From: Narcine bancroftii | Taxonomy: Eukaryota | DNA length: 64,000 nucleotides | Reading direction: 5' to 3' | Assembly (NCBI RefSeq): GCF_036971445.1 | Contig: NC_091475.1 | Span: 94,178,001 to 94,242,000 of the forward strand | In this document: piece after piece, positions 11,250 to 24,149 of the stretch | How positions within the stretch are numbered: position 1 is the first letter of the stretch | Layout of the letters: each line of letters begins with the position of its first letter | Notes under the pieces: model-generated | Seen by the model: only the letters and a program-made list of their open reading frames with translations | The model's database searches: none | Told to the model about the DNA's origin: nothing | Made by a program: the position numbers and the translations under genes

Positions 11250-12745
11250 GAGCACAATGCCTTTAATGTTTCTTTTGAAAAGGAGAATAAATACATCAGT
11301 ACCATTGATAATCCCTGCAGAGTTAGAAATCCTGCGATATCAGTCTGAGGCCAATATCAGAACACCTTTCTGGAGGGTCAACCCTTGCAGGCCCTGATGG
11401 TGTACTTCGCAAGGTACTGAAAATTTGTGCCTACTGAATAGTAGGAGTGTTCATGGACATTTTCAATTTCTCATTGATGCTGTCAGAGCTTCCAACCATT
11501 GCCCAAAAAGAACAGAATGAGCTGCCTCAATGACTATCGCCAAGAAGCATTCCTAATGAAATTTTGGGATCATGGCCAGAATTAACCTACCACCACAATC
11601 ATTCTGCACGAGATGCAATCTCTCCAATCAGCCCTGGATCACCTGGACAACAGCAACATGTAAATCAGGTTGCCTTTCATTAATTACAGGTCAGTTTTCA
11701 ATGCGTCATCCCCTCAGTATTGGTCAGCATGCTTTAAAACCTGGGCCTCTGCACTTCCCTCTACAACTTGATCCTTGACTTTCTCATCAGAAGACCACAA
11801 TCAGTGTGGATCAGTAACAATGTCTTCTCCTCACTGACAATCAGCACAGGCACACTTCAAGGATGTATGCTTAGCCAACTGCTTCACTCTCTCCACATTC
11901 ACAACTGTGTGGCAAGGCACAATTAAAATGCCATTTACAAATTTGCTGACAATACCATGGTTGTTGGCAGAATTATAGATGGCAATGAGTGAGATGCATC
12001 AGCTAGCTGAGTGGCATCTCAACAACAACCTTGCATTCAACCTTATAAAAACTAAGGAATGGATTGTGGACTTCAGTAAGTGGAAACCAGGAGTACACAA
12101 AACATCAAGGGGTCAAGAGTGGAAAGGATAAAGGACATCAAATTCCAGTGTGTCAACATTAATGAAGACCTATCCTGGTACCATCATGCCAATGCAATCA
12201 TGAAGCTGGCTCACCAGTGGGTATATTTTGTTAGGAGTTTGAGAGGATTTGGTTTGTCACCAAAAACTCTTGCAAATTTCTATAGGAATACCATGGACTG
12301 CATTCCAGATGGTTGCATTGCTGTCTGCTATGAAGGTGTCAATTCACAAGACAGGAAAAAAATTATAGACTTGACCAGTGCCATCATGGCATTAGACTTC
12401 ACTCAATTCAGGACATCTCAAGAAAGCAACCTTTATCATCAAGGACCCTCACTATCCAGACAATGCCCTCTTCTCACTGCTACCATAAGGAAGGAGATAC
12501 AAGAGCCTGAATACGAACACCCAACATTACAAAAACTTCTTCTCCTCTGTCACCTGATTTCAAAATGGACGATGAGCCACAGACACTATCTCACTTTTCC
12601 ACCAATTTATTTATTTATTTATTAGTAACGTTTCATTGGAAATGTAATTTGTAGTATTTTTTTGTCCATGTTATGCAACAATTACTGCCGCTGCAAAACA
12701 ACAAATTTCATATCACATGCTCATAACAATAAATCTGATTCTGAA
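11250..12745 (+). mobile_element. Rex1/Babar LINE, decayed, with 3' end
   Basis: GPDGV..KVLKICA, CLNDYR, YKFAD, LANFYR, CIAVCY motifs. Ends aataaatctgattctga. Confidence 0.85.
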
Positions 12746-13129
12746 AAACTTTAAGGTGTTTGAATACAAATCTTTAAAGCTAAGAAAGTCATTAAAATGT
12801 ATTTGGGAACCTTTGCTTAATGAGGGGGTAAACAAAACAAAAACGGATATGAATGCTAAGCCTTTATAAACATTGATTAGGTTTTACCTGTTGGTTGCAG
12901 TTATATGTGGTATTTTTAAGAAGAATGTCAAGGTCTTATCTGCAGATAATCTGGACAGCCTGCTTTCTCTTCAAAAACATTACTCAACACTGCTGCAACT
13001 TTTCTTTACCTGTAACTGAAATCAATCTTTTCTTTTGTTGCATTCAAACTTGAATATTCCACTGATCTCCTGACTAACTTGCACTCTTCAAAACTTGATT
13101 CTCTTTTCTCAGTCACAGACTGGTAGCCA

Positions 13130-13330
13130 TTTTCCAGAGTTGGCTTAAACTCTGGAATTCCTTCCTTCTCTTATTCCTAAAATGCAAATGTCACGATCAA
13201 GACTTTTTAAAAGCTCTCCTCTGATTAAGTTTTTGGTCATTTGTTCTTGTATTTCAAATGGCTGTCTTATTTTGTTTGATCAATATTTATCTGTAGCACC
13301 TGGTGTTTTGAGGGTTACATAAATACATCT
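13130..13330 (+). mobile_element. Old L2-type 3' tail
   Basis: aactctggaattccttcc..tttaaaag..aagtttttggtcatttg..ttttgtttgat..ctgtagcacctgg resembles the L2/Deu-SINE tail. Confidence 0.5.
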
Positions 13331-15099
13331 TAAATTTCTGATGTGAATGCTGATAATGAGAATCTCCCACTGGGAGCATGTGCTTACATCAGTAGATTAA
13401 ATATGCCTTTGCAACAAATAAACTGTCAGGATTTGAGTCATTATTACTATAATTCTAGTATCTTCAACTCCAGGGTTCAAGAACTAAAAACAAATAAAAA
13501 GCTCGAGGTAGCATGACTGAATTTTGCCTCATGATTGGGAATCAAGAATGGTTTTCTATAAGTTCATCTTTCTATTCTGGGTGAAATGGTTGTCATTTGG
13601 GCAATCAGCAAAGAAAATCAAAACAAATATAAAAATAGTATTGTAAAAATAGTTTCAAAATGTACAAGTTGAAAGAGTTTGATTGAATGAGCATTCTGTA
13701 TTTAAAGGGAATGAGTTGAAATATCAACTAAAAGAAATTCTTGGAGGGAAGTGAAAATCCTTTCAAAATATAGCAGTTTTAAGTTCAGCATAACCCTTTT
13801 TTTGATTGAGAAATGAAATGTTGAATGCAATGGGACTGGGATCATTTGGTTTAGTGGCGTGATAAAAATCAAACCTTGGGAAATGAATGAATTATTTTAT
13901 GGATTGCAAGAAATCTGAAGCAGTTTCAAGTATGAGAAAAAAAAGTGCTTTTTCCCCTCTGGAATTTGGAACTATTGAAATATCAGATATTTACAGTAAT
14001 GTTTTCAAAAACAAGTAAAATCTCAAGATTGAGGGGTTCTACCAGTTACTGAGATTGGAGACCCAACCAGATTCTTGGAAAGCTTCAACTAAAAATTGTT
14101 CCAATTAATTAATCATTCCTGCTTCATGTAATAGAAAATGGAGCTTCATCCACTCAACGTGGCTCTGTGTTTTATAAATTTGTTTGAAATTTTAGAAGGT
14201 TGATGAGCAGCAAGAGAAATTCACCAAGACAATAGTATCTTCAAAACAATAATTCTTATAATAATTACTTATAACATTACAACTTATTCCCATGTGTGCA
14301 TAGGAAAAACTCAAACCATTAGAGTTTAGGCATAATTCTGAAGAGATGATTTTAAAGTGTTGAAGCTTGGTCTTTACAGTTTTATTTAGAGTTCTCAAAC
14401 TCACAAAATTCTTGTAGAGTTGTTTTCAGAGAATTATTTCTTCATATGAATGATTTCTCTCTTGCATGGATATTTCAGAACTTGCATTTTCTTCCATGAT
14501 GATTTCATAACCCCGGCAAGGGTTACATGAAGTGGCCATGTAAAAAGGGACAAGGTGGAACTGTCTTCTTTTCGAAGATATAGTTGAAGTGTCTCTTACT
14601 TGCCACAGATATGTGTATCTCCCATGGTAAAGAGAATGCAATAAGAGCAGTACCTCCCTCCCTAGAGGCTACTGCATTTTTTTTACTTCAGTTGAAAAAT
14701 ATTAAAGATTTCTCCTTGAAGTATATTTAATCACATGACATGACCTCACTGTTGATTTTGTTTGAAGTTCTCTTGCAAAACTTAATGAGTGAATGAGTTA
14801 TCTGCCCAGGTCACAAGCAGATGGTTTTATGTGTATACAGATCATTGAAGCAAAAGATGCTTGCTTGAACAGATGCCATCTCTCAGCAAACACCATTGTT
14901 TTTAATTTCAATGTTTTTATGGCTGTTTACTCAGCTTCCACTAAACAATGGATTTTCAGACATTTTGACTCTCAAAATAGTTTCTGTGTGTAAATGTCTG
15001 TGTCTCTGTTCACCCACAAGCTTTTTCTTAGAAATCTAATTTTCCTAAAGAATAATAGCAAAATACTGCCTCAAGGTGACAAAGGTGATTGATTATCAA

Positions 15100-15950
15100 A
15101 GGGAAGCATCTCTTGTAGTCAGAGAGTCCCCTCTGAGTCGGTGAGTTTCTGTAGATTCACCTCCAGCACTTCTGCATCCTCACATCCACACGGAGTCCAG
15201 TCCAAACCATTGGCAACCCAAGCTCCAGATCCAAACCTACAACACGGTCAAGAACTCCTCAGTGCCTTCGGCACTCCCTCACATTCCAGTTTCGATACCT
15301 GGTACCCTCAGCCAGTTTCAAGCCAGTCTCCAGCAGCCTGCAGCGCATTGTGAGTCTCCCGACAACAGTCTCCAGCAGCCCCAGCCTCCGTTGGTTTCTT
15401 ACCTTGAGTCCCCAGCAGCCCATTGCATGTGTGGGTCTTTCAGCTCCTCTCTGGCTTGCTGCCATTGTCACCATCCCATGGGTTGTCTCCTCTACTTTTC
15501 AGTTTTCTGCAGCAGTCTTCCACTCCTCTGGAGACTGCAACACCTCGTGGCTGCTTGCGATTGTAGGCACCACCATCTTGGGTGCAGACCCTGTGGGATT
15601 TTGAATAAAACTACCTTTGACGGTGTGGTAGTACAGATTCTATCAACAATGTGTATGTGTACAGATGGTAGTGTAGGATGACTGTGATTGGCTGAGAGTG
15701 TAGCCACACCTACTGGCAGGTCTTAAAGGATTGCTCCTAGCCAGACCAGGTCATTCTGGACTGGTCGACCTACTTGTGATCTGCTCCAGTCTTTTAGTTA
15801 ATACAAGCCTTGGTTTGGATCAACAAGTCTTTGGTTCTTTCGACGCGCATTACAGACAGGCTATTCAAACTCTGTGCGGGGCTGATGGCAGTTGACACCA
15901 GTGGCAGCACTGCCATTACAGTGGCTCCGGCAATGTTGCCATTTTCACCA
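15100..15950. repeat. Unclassified GC-richer interspersed repeat, interrupted by a solo LTR
   Basis: Compositional shift with recurring gagtc(t/c)ccagcagcc motifs. The sequence continues after the LTR's TSD. Confidence 0.4.
15624..15854 (+). mobile_element. Solo LTR (231 bp)
   Basis: TGTGG...TTACA termini with a 5-bp TSD gacgg/gacag (one CpG-type change). Contains gattgg and TATA-like tcttaaag. Confidence 0.8.
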
Positions 15951-16419
15951 TCTCATTCACATGAATAATGTCGTGAAAATTCTGGCTGATTTTCCCACAC
16001 AAGGAAGTTAACAAGGTTCTTTTCAAAATATGCTAACACATTTATCTTTTCGAGGAGGCCGTGTAGGATTATAAAATGCAAATGCTGTCAATGAACATAT
16101 CTATGGATATAGAAAATAGCTTTGAATAGGTTGAATACAACTGCATGAAAGGCTTGTTGAGGAGGATATTTGATCTCGTCAGGGCCCATAAGTACAAATT
16201 TGTGCACGGTATTTTCTGTTTTTGTTTGTACTCCGTTTATTTGTGTTCTGGAGGTAAAATGCCTCTATTTGGTAGCAAAAACATTTTTAACTTTGCTTTG
16301 CTTGTAGCATGTGGTAATTTGGATAATGCAGAAACTCGCACATTTTTGAATAACCGGTAAAAGTAAACACAGTGTACTCACTATCCTCTGAGTCTAGGTT
16401 CCTTTTTGAAATTTTTAAA

Positions 16420-16532
16420 AGTTAAATTTAAAATTTAAAAAATTTAGACCTACAGCATGGTAACAGGCCATTTTTGAATCTGTGCCGCCCAATTTACACC
16501 CAATTAACGTATACTCCTGGTAGGTTTTGAAT
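16420..16532 (-). mobile_element. V-SINE 3' fragment
   Basis: aatttagacctacagcatggtaacaggcc..caattaac matches the tail of the copy at 61430-61635. Confidence 0.6.
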
Positions 16533-16559
16533 GTTTTTATTAACTTGTCTGTGGCTGAT

Positions 16560-16820
16560 GCAAATACAAACTTCAGGAAGGGTGAACCCTCAAAGTATTT
16601 GGGTCAGACAATGCATCTAGCTACAACCTTAAAACTTGTGTGGACCAACTGGCTGGAGTTTTGTAGATGTTTTCAACCCCTTGCTAGAGTAGTCTGAAGT
16701 CTCCACCTGGTTCAAAAGGACATTCATTCTATCAATACTTAAGGAATGCAAGATGACCTACCTCGATGGCTATTGGCTGGTAGCCCGTAATGTCTATTGT
16801 ATTGAACTGCTTTGAGAATA
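16560..16820 (+). mobile_element. Rex1/Babar fragment
   Basis: LKTCVDQLAGV..VSTWFKRT..CFE motifs. Confidence 0.65.
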
Positions 16821-17022
16821 CTAAACAAGTCCCTTCAATATTGGCAATGTAAAGAGGGTTAATCCCCATCCCCCACAGGCTTTGTGTATATTGCAGAATT
16901 AGGCTAGTCATGAAGGAAAGAGCTTGAGGGAAGTTGGGTCTTTGAGGAACATTGATGAGAGAATAACAACCAATGGTTGAGCTGAGGAGTATCAGGGTTC
17001 GAATGGCTGTTGGAGAAGGTTG

Positions 17023-17210
17023 TGTACTGACAATAACCACACCAGCGGTGTGAGTATAAGACAGCTTTAATAAACTGATATGAACACTAAGAAGTCTTGT
17101 CTCTCTGCAAGATGAACCTGGAAGGCTAGACTGTAGCTCTGGACTGCTTTATATACAAGGTCACCGGGATGACCCCTGGTAGCCTAGTGGTGTAATTACA
17201 TATAACCACA
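17023..17210 (-). mobile_element. Solo LTR (188 bp)
   Basis: TG...CA termini and a perfect 5-bp TSD GGTTG (17018-17022, 17211-17215). The minus strand has TATATAAAG then ATTAAA. Confidence 0.88.
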
Positions 17211-18387
17211 GGTTGTGTTGTGAATGGGTTTGAATGTCGGAGTCAGAAAATAAAGGTGAATTTTGGAAGCTGATGAGAATCAACATAAACTAACATTTTA
17301 ACATAAATTGAAGCTATGTGAAGTGAGTTCCCAAAATATGACTGCATAGTCTATGAAGAGCAGCTCTGTCTGAGGGTGCAGTGGCATCCAAGGACCTGTA
17401 GATAGACATGAAATTGCCAGAATTGGTGTCCAGGTGTGAGTTGCAAAGTATTGGATGACACTCTATATATTTATGTGCCCACATGTGGTAATATATTGGA
17501 TACAAGCATAACTTGGGAGTAAAATCATGAGTCAGTGATTATCAGGGTGACAGAAGTATTGATGCGATCTTCATTGAGCATTTTTCAATTATTTTAGAGC
17601 ATAAATTTATAGACTTATTCTGGGTTTGTTTAATACACCACGAACTATGGCAGCAATATTTGGCCCTTTAAAAACATTAGTGGGTGAGATTTTTATTTTT
17701 ATTTTTTTTTCCAATATTCACACACTTATCTTTCGAGTGTTCTGGAAAAGGCACATGGTCTGATGTTTTGGAAACAATGAATTGTCTGTTAGATTGTAAT
17801 TAAGAATTTGTTTTGTCTATAACCTGACACAAACTTTCAAGACATTAAGATTTATAGTGCAAAGCAATTTAGCTTTTTAAAGCAGATACTTGTCGTAAAC
17901 AATGTTAATCTTATAAGATAATATAAAGAAATGCAATATGTTTTAAGAATTGAAACTCAACATCTTGTAATACGGTATGCTGATTATATTAACTCTGAGG
18001 CCAGACTATTTTCAACTTTACAGTGCTGGAATCTTGCTGTGGTTTACAATATATCTGATGAATTCCTCCTTAAATCCAGGTCTCCATTTCACATTACATT
18101 GATTTATTAAGTATTTAATGTAGTTGAAATCTCAAGTGATTTACATCCTCTCTTTAATCTTTGAAACAACAGATTGCTTCCTTAATCAATCGTAATGTAT
18201 TCTCCAGCCTTCCATCCATTACAGGAAAACATGCTTAAATAGTGAGTTCTTCCTGTTTGCCATTTCATGAAATGCTTGGTCTGGACACCACACAGCTATT
18301 GCTTTGAGTAACGATTAAGGATAGGAATAAAATGAATTTAAATCACTCTCTAACCTTGAAGAGGCTAATTTGCAGTTCTACCATTAT

Positions 18388-18600
18388 AACAACATCTAAT
18401 TTGCACATAGCTATAATATTTAATGTTGCAAACTGTGAATAAAAGAAAGGGTATATCAAGGTAGAAAGAAGTAGGAAGGGTAACCAAATGTTTGGCCAAA
18501 TGAATTTTTAGAAGAGCTAAAAAGAACAAGAAAGGTGTGGGAGAGAATAAGGGAGAATTCCAGAATATGATGCCTGAACAACTGAGGGCAGGACTACCAA
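18388..18600 (-). mobile_element. Old L2-type 3' tail
   Basis: acaacatc..taaccaaatgtttggccaaa..gggagaattccagaat..gcctgaacaactgagggca matches the antisense L2 tail pattern. Confidence 0.55.
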
Positions 18601-19029
18601 TATAAAGGTTGGCAGGCAGGCATGCAGTTCTTATTGTTGAAAGTTTAGCTCATGCATCAGGTCCCTGGGGTGAATCTGTGGATCAGTTTTTCTGCTGAGA
18701 TATAAGCATGATGGATAAATGCTAGATTATGTGAATAGCAGCATCTCTTAGCTTGCCTATAGGCAAGGGGTATCTTGGAACAGCAGTCTGACACTGGTCT
18801 CACAATTTTCTAACAGCCAGCTAGCCCAGACTTCTGCACTTGTGGAAATGATACTCTCCAAAGCCCAGAGCTATTTCTAATTGCCCGTCACAGCCAACCC
18901 CAGCAACCTCCACTCCAAAAAGGTAAAGGCCAAAGAAGACAACACATTGATAAGGAAGGAAGAAATAGCGTGTGAATTTTAATCCATTTTTTTTTCAGTT
19001 GCCTTAAGTCTTTCTAGATGGCATGAGTT

Positions 19030-19440
19030 GAGAGATTCGTATCACATGGAAATACCCTCTTTGTGGGATTTTTCCAACACTTTGAGGTGCCTTCTGCAGA
19101 AAGAACTAATTACACAAGTGCGTTGAAAGGCAAGGATCATTGCTGCTTGGTAGACCATGTGTCTTTCATGAGATCTGATGTCTTGATCTTTGAGTAACTC
19201 TTTCTTAATTTGCCCAAAAATTGTGGTGCATTGAAGATGATGGTGAATTTTATCACTGATGGCTGCCCTCACTAAGAAATTGCTCTGAGATGTGATAAGG
19301 AGTCCATCTTTTCCACCATCTCACTGAACCTTTACTGTTCCTGAGTAATGTAGTGCAGCTGAGATCACTCTCTGTGGAAAGGGCTGATGATTGCTTGGGC
19401 TCAGCCCAGGATCATCTGGAAATACAAACATCCTCTTCCT
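19030..19440 (-). mobile_element. Old, decayed RTE LINE fragment
   Basis: DKIHHHLQC..FGQIKK..DQDI..MVYQAAMI aligns with the young RTE region EIDNKLAKANSAFGRLHK..VYRAVVIP. Confidence 0.6.
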
Positions 19441-20019
19441 TATACAGCTTGACCACTAAAGTTTGAATGATCTTGATTCTAAAATAGCTACGCTCTTGAA
19501 GAAAATCTTGGAAAAAAAAACACCATTAATTAATTAGACACTATTATGTTCTACAATGGGTTAAGCACCTCTAATAGTGTAAAATTTTCCCTTAAATCAG
19601 AATAGAGTACATTGAGCTATAATGCTCTTGATAGAAGACGCATCATACTCTCTGCAAGAACGTTGCAAGTTGGCTGTTGTTGCTTAACTTGGACTACTTA
19701 CTAAAACAAATCCCATTAACGAAACAGATTTGTGTTCTACATCTGTTGAACACATACAAATAATACAGAAGCAATCTTCACACAACTAGAAGTAGTTTAG
19801 ATTAAGTTAGAATCCAGAAGATATTTTCAGAAACATTACAGATGCTGCCAAGGTACATGTTGACTGCTATTGCATAACATTAACTGCTTGTTGAAACCAA
19901 TGCTATTAACAAAAAGTGGGTTAAGTTCTATAGGTGAATAGCACTTTCTAATAGTGCAGAATCTTTTATCACATTAAATAGAAGTAGCTTACATTGTATT
20001 GTAACATTAAATATTTTAT

Positions 20020-21700
20020 TTGGGGGGGGTGTGATGCCGTAGGTGGGAGACATGGGAAAACTCTTCTCCTGGCAGAATGAATTAAAACCCGACTTTTAAT
20101 GTCCTTTTAAAATAAGAGAATAACTTTAAGTTCTTCTAAAGATCTCTAGCAATGGCTACAAGAAAATCTAAAGCTCAATCTGTAAAACAAATGGCTACAA
20201 CAGAAGCAACAGTACTTGAAGAAACCAACCTACCCTCCTGTTTTGGTTCCTCTCCAGCTTTGTTTGATGTGACCTCGTTGGGTAAGGATTCGAGATTGAA
20301 TCCAACGCCACCTACTCAGGGAACTGAGGGTGCTGGAGAATGGAGGAAGGCTGCAGATGCAACCCAGGAACAACTGTGCATGTGAACTATGGAAGTGGCC
20401 TGTAAGGAGCCTGAGGGACATGTGTCGACCAGTGTTAATGGCCAGATGAGAACCAGCCGAAGGGCTCGAGCACAGGCTCTCTTGTTGACAACATCTACAA
20501 AGAAGAGGAGATCAGAGTAGAAGAAGGATATTTGCCACAAGGAGAGGAATCAGAAGATGAAGGAAAAAAATCAGTACATTCAAGGTAAAGTGGAGACATA
20601 CTATGTTACTCCAGAACCTCTGGACCCTCAAGTTTTTCATAAAATTTGGGAGCAAATAAATTTAATGAGTGAGAAAATGGATAAAAAATTTTGCAGAAGT
20701 AAGAACAGAATTTATAACACAATTAGGAGGTATTAAGGAAGAAATGACTGTAGCAAAATATACAAAAACTGTTGATAAAATGAAGGTTCAAAAATTTGAG
20801 GAAGATTTTCAAGAATGTCATGGAAGTAGAAGAATGTAAGGATACAGTTAATAAGATAGAAGATTCTTTCATGGCATGGGAGGTTCAGAGAAAAGACTTG
20901 TTGCAAAAAATTGGAAAACCAGAGTCAAATGAATAATGTCAAAATTGTTGGATTTCTAGAAGATTTTGAGGGCACTAATCCAGTGCAGTTTTTTTTTTAA
21001 AAACTGGTTACCTGAAATTCTGGGGTCTGAAAATTTTCTGAATGGTCTGGAACTTGAAGAGCATGTAGAGCTCTAAGAAAGAAGTTGTATCCAGGACAAC
21101 ATTACAAGGATAGAGAGATGACATTGAGATTGGCTGTTCAAAAAGCAAGGGAAGAGCAAGGTCCGTTAATGATTTAGAATGATAGATTATTCTTTTATGC
21201 AGACCTGAGTAATGCTCTTGTTAAGTGAAGAAAATAATTTAATCCAGCAAAATCCGTTTTATGGAAGAATGGATATAAATTTGCCTTTCGATACCCAGCA
21301 GTTCTTAGTCTTTTGTGGAGAATACCAAGCACAATTTTATTGCTAATGAATCAGAAGCTTTGAAATTTGCAAATTCATTACCTAATAATAAGCAAAATGG
21401 AAGCCAGCATTATTCATCTTAGCAAATGGAAAAGAACCAAGGTAAATTGAGAGAAGAATATTCAAACCAGAAGCCGACTGATATTGATGATGATCAAGTC
21501 TATAGAGATCTTGAAGAAGCTTATCATACTTCATTGACTGATATTCTTTATGATATTCTGTTGGGGGAGGCGGTCTCCTTTTTTTCCTCTCTGCCTTCTC
21601 CTTCTGAGCCCACGTGCCACTAATGGTGAGAGCCACTTCCCAGAACAAAGGGGTTTAGTGGTGATCCTATCAACATGTCCTACCTTTCTATATTTGAAAA
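20020..21700 (+). mobile_element. L1 5' portion only (5'UTR and decayed ORF1), a second family
   Basis: G-run start, MATRKSK N-terminus, NNVKIVGFLEDFEGTNP, FYADLS, GYKFAFRYPAVL. No ORF2 follows. Confidence 0.8.
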
Positions 21701-21714
21701 AAAGAAAAAAAAGA

Positions 21715-22300
21715 TTTTATTGTTGTAGTTTGATCAATGTATGTATGGAACAAAATTCTTGCTGAGCAGTTAAGGTTTAAAAAAAAGTTAACTATTTACA
21801 ATAGCACACTAAATTAAAACACAATACATACAAAAATAGATAATAATATTCATAGTTATCCTTGTACTAATATAGATATGGTATAGCAATAGTGCAGATG
21901 GTCCTTTTGTGGTGTCAGACCACCAGTCCCTGATTAGTGCAACAAGAGAAGGATCGGGAGCCTGATAGTTGGTGGAAAGGAACCATTCTTTATTCTAGAG
22001 TCACTGGTCTCTGTATCTTCTGCTGAAGGTAGCAGTGAAGAGATTGTGACAAGGGTGACGGGGATCCTTTGATGTTGGTTGCCTTCTTGAGGCAGGATTT
22101 CTCACAGTGAAATAATGGGAGGTTGGAAGCTGTGATGGACCTGGCTATATTTGTTGCATTCAGGAGTCTTCTGCATTCCCTGGCAGTCAAATGAAAGAAA
22201 AAAAAGGCTGTGATGGCTATACCTGTCAGTATACTTTGTACAGTGCATCTATACAAGTTTGATAGAGCATTTGGCGATATTGCAGTTGATACAAATACAT
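21715..22300 (-). mobile_element. Rex1/Babar 3' end
   Basis: LSNLYRCTVQSILTG, ARSITASNLP, CLKKATNI motifs. Confidence 0.75.
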
Positions 22301-22304
22301 TCAT

Positions 22305-23437
22305 ATATGTGGATGTTGTCTACATGGACTTTTAGTAAGTCCTTTGACAAGGTCCTACATGGGAAGTTGGTCAGGAAGGTTCAGTCATTTGGTATTCATG
22401 GTGAAGTAGTGAACTGGATTCAACAATGGCTGGATGGGAGAAGCCAGATTGCTTATCAGACTGGAGGCCTGGTGTGCCTCAGGGATCGGTGCTGGGACTA
22501 GTGTTGTTTGTCATCTATATCCATGATCTTGATGATAAATGCAGTAAATTGCATCAGTAAGTTTTCAGATGACACTAAGATTGGAGGCATTGTGGACAGC
22601 GAAGAAAGCTTTCAAAGCTTGCAGAGGGATTTCGAACAGATGGAAAAAAAGGGCTGAAAAATGGAAAGGATAAGTGTGAGGTGTAGCATTTTGGAAAGAC
22701 AAACCATTGAAAAGACATGCATCGTAAATGTTAGGGCACTGAGGAATGTGGTAGAACAAAGGGATCTGGGAAGACTTACACAATTCGCTGAAAGTGGCAT
22801 CACAGGTAGATAAGGTTGTAAAGAGAGCTTTTGGCATGTTGGCTTTCATAAATCAAAATATTGGATATAAGTTATGATGCTATGCTAAAGTACAAGACAT
22901 TGGTGAGGCTAAATTTGGAATATCATATGCAGTTTGGTCGCATAACTAAAGGAAAGGTGTCAATAAGATGGAAAGAGTGCAGAGAAAATTTAATAGGATG
23001 TTTCACAGAATTCAGGAACTGAATTACAGGGAAAGGTATAGACTTTATTGCCGAGAGCATAAAAGAACAGAGAGATTTGATAGAGATCTTTTAAAATGAA
23101 GGGGATAGACAGAATAATTGCAAAAAGGATTTTTCCACTGAAGGTAGGTGAGCTACAAATCAGAGGATATCGGAGAAAGGGGAAAAGTTTAGGGGGAACG
23201 TAAGTGGGAACTTCACACAGAAAGTACTGGGAGTGTGGAATGAGCTGCCAGCTGAAGTGGTGAATATGAGCTTAATTTCAAAATTTAAGAAGAATTTGTA
23301 CAGGTACATGTAAGGGAGAGATATGGAGTGCTATGGACTGGGTGCAAGTCAGTGGGACGAGGCAGAAAAATGGTTCAGCACAGACTAAAATGATTAATGG
23401 GGCTTGTTTCTGTGCTGTAATGTTCTATAGTCCTATG
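22305..23437 (+). mobile_element. CR1 LINE RT and 3' end
   Basis: VDVVYMDFSK.FDKV.HG, VPQGSVLG, FSDDTKIGG motifs. Tail ttctatagtcctatg. Confidence 0.88.
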
Positions 23438-23599
23438 TAGGAATATTGCAGATGGTGCCAAGCTGTGGTTGCATAGTGTAAACTGTTTGTGAGTGCAAAG
23501 GTTATTGTTTAATCAAATTTACAAATGGTTGTGTTGGTGACTAGTCCATGTTGTGCAATGACTGCTAACTTGCAGTGGATTAGAGATCTTGAGTTATTA

Positions 23600-24012
23600 G
23601 CAGAGATTGGATGGGCTTGGTCTGTTTTCCCTGGAGCAAAAAAACAGCTGAGAGGAGACATAACAGGGATATAAAACAATGAGAGGCATAGGTAGGGCAG
23701 ATAGCCACTGTTTGTTTCCCATGGAAAGTTGATTAAGCTAGGTGATGTAGGCTATAAGATAAAAGGGAGGAAGTTTGAAGGGGATCTGGGAGATGCATTT
23801 TGCAAGCCTAGTAATTGGTATCTAGAATGAACTGCCAGAGATGATGGATACATGAATATTTAAGAAGCATCAGGACAGGTACCATACTTGAATGAGAGGG
23901 GCACAAGGGATATTAGAATTAATGTAGTCAAGTGAGATTAGTTTTAATAAGCATAATGGTCCACACAGACATGGTGGGCTAAATGGTCTGTTTCTATGTG
24001 ATACAACTCTGA
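23600..24012 (+). mobile_element. CR1 3' fragment
   Basis: ttttccctggagc..gctgagaggagac..catggtgggctaaatggtctgtttctatg..actct. Confidence 0.7.
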
Positions 24013-24149
24013 CAAAGGGAATAGCCTAGATTTATTAGACACCAACCTCACTAAGAACAATAGTTATTGGCTCCTTTGACAATATTGTGGTGTGCATGCC
24101 ATACCTGAGTATGAAGATGAATGTTTGTGAGGACCCAAGGTTAAGTTAG

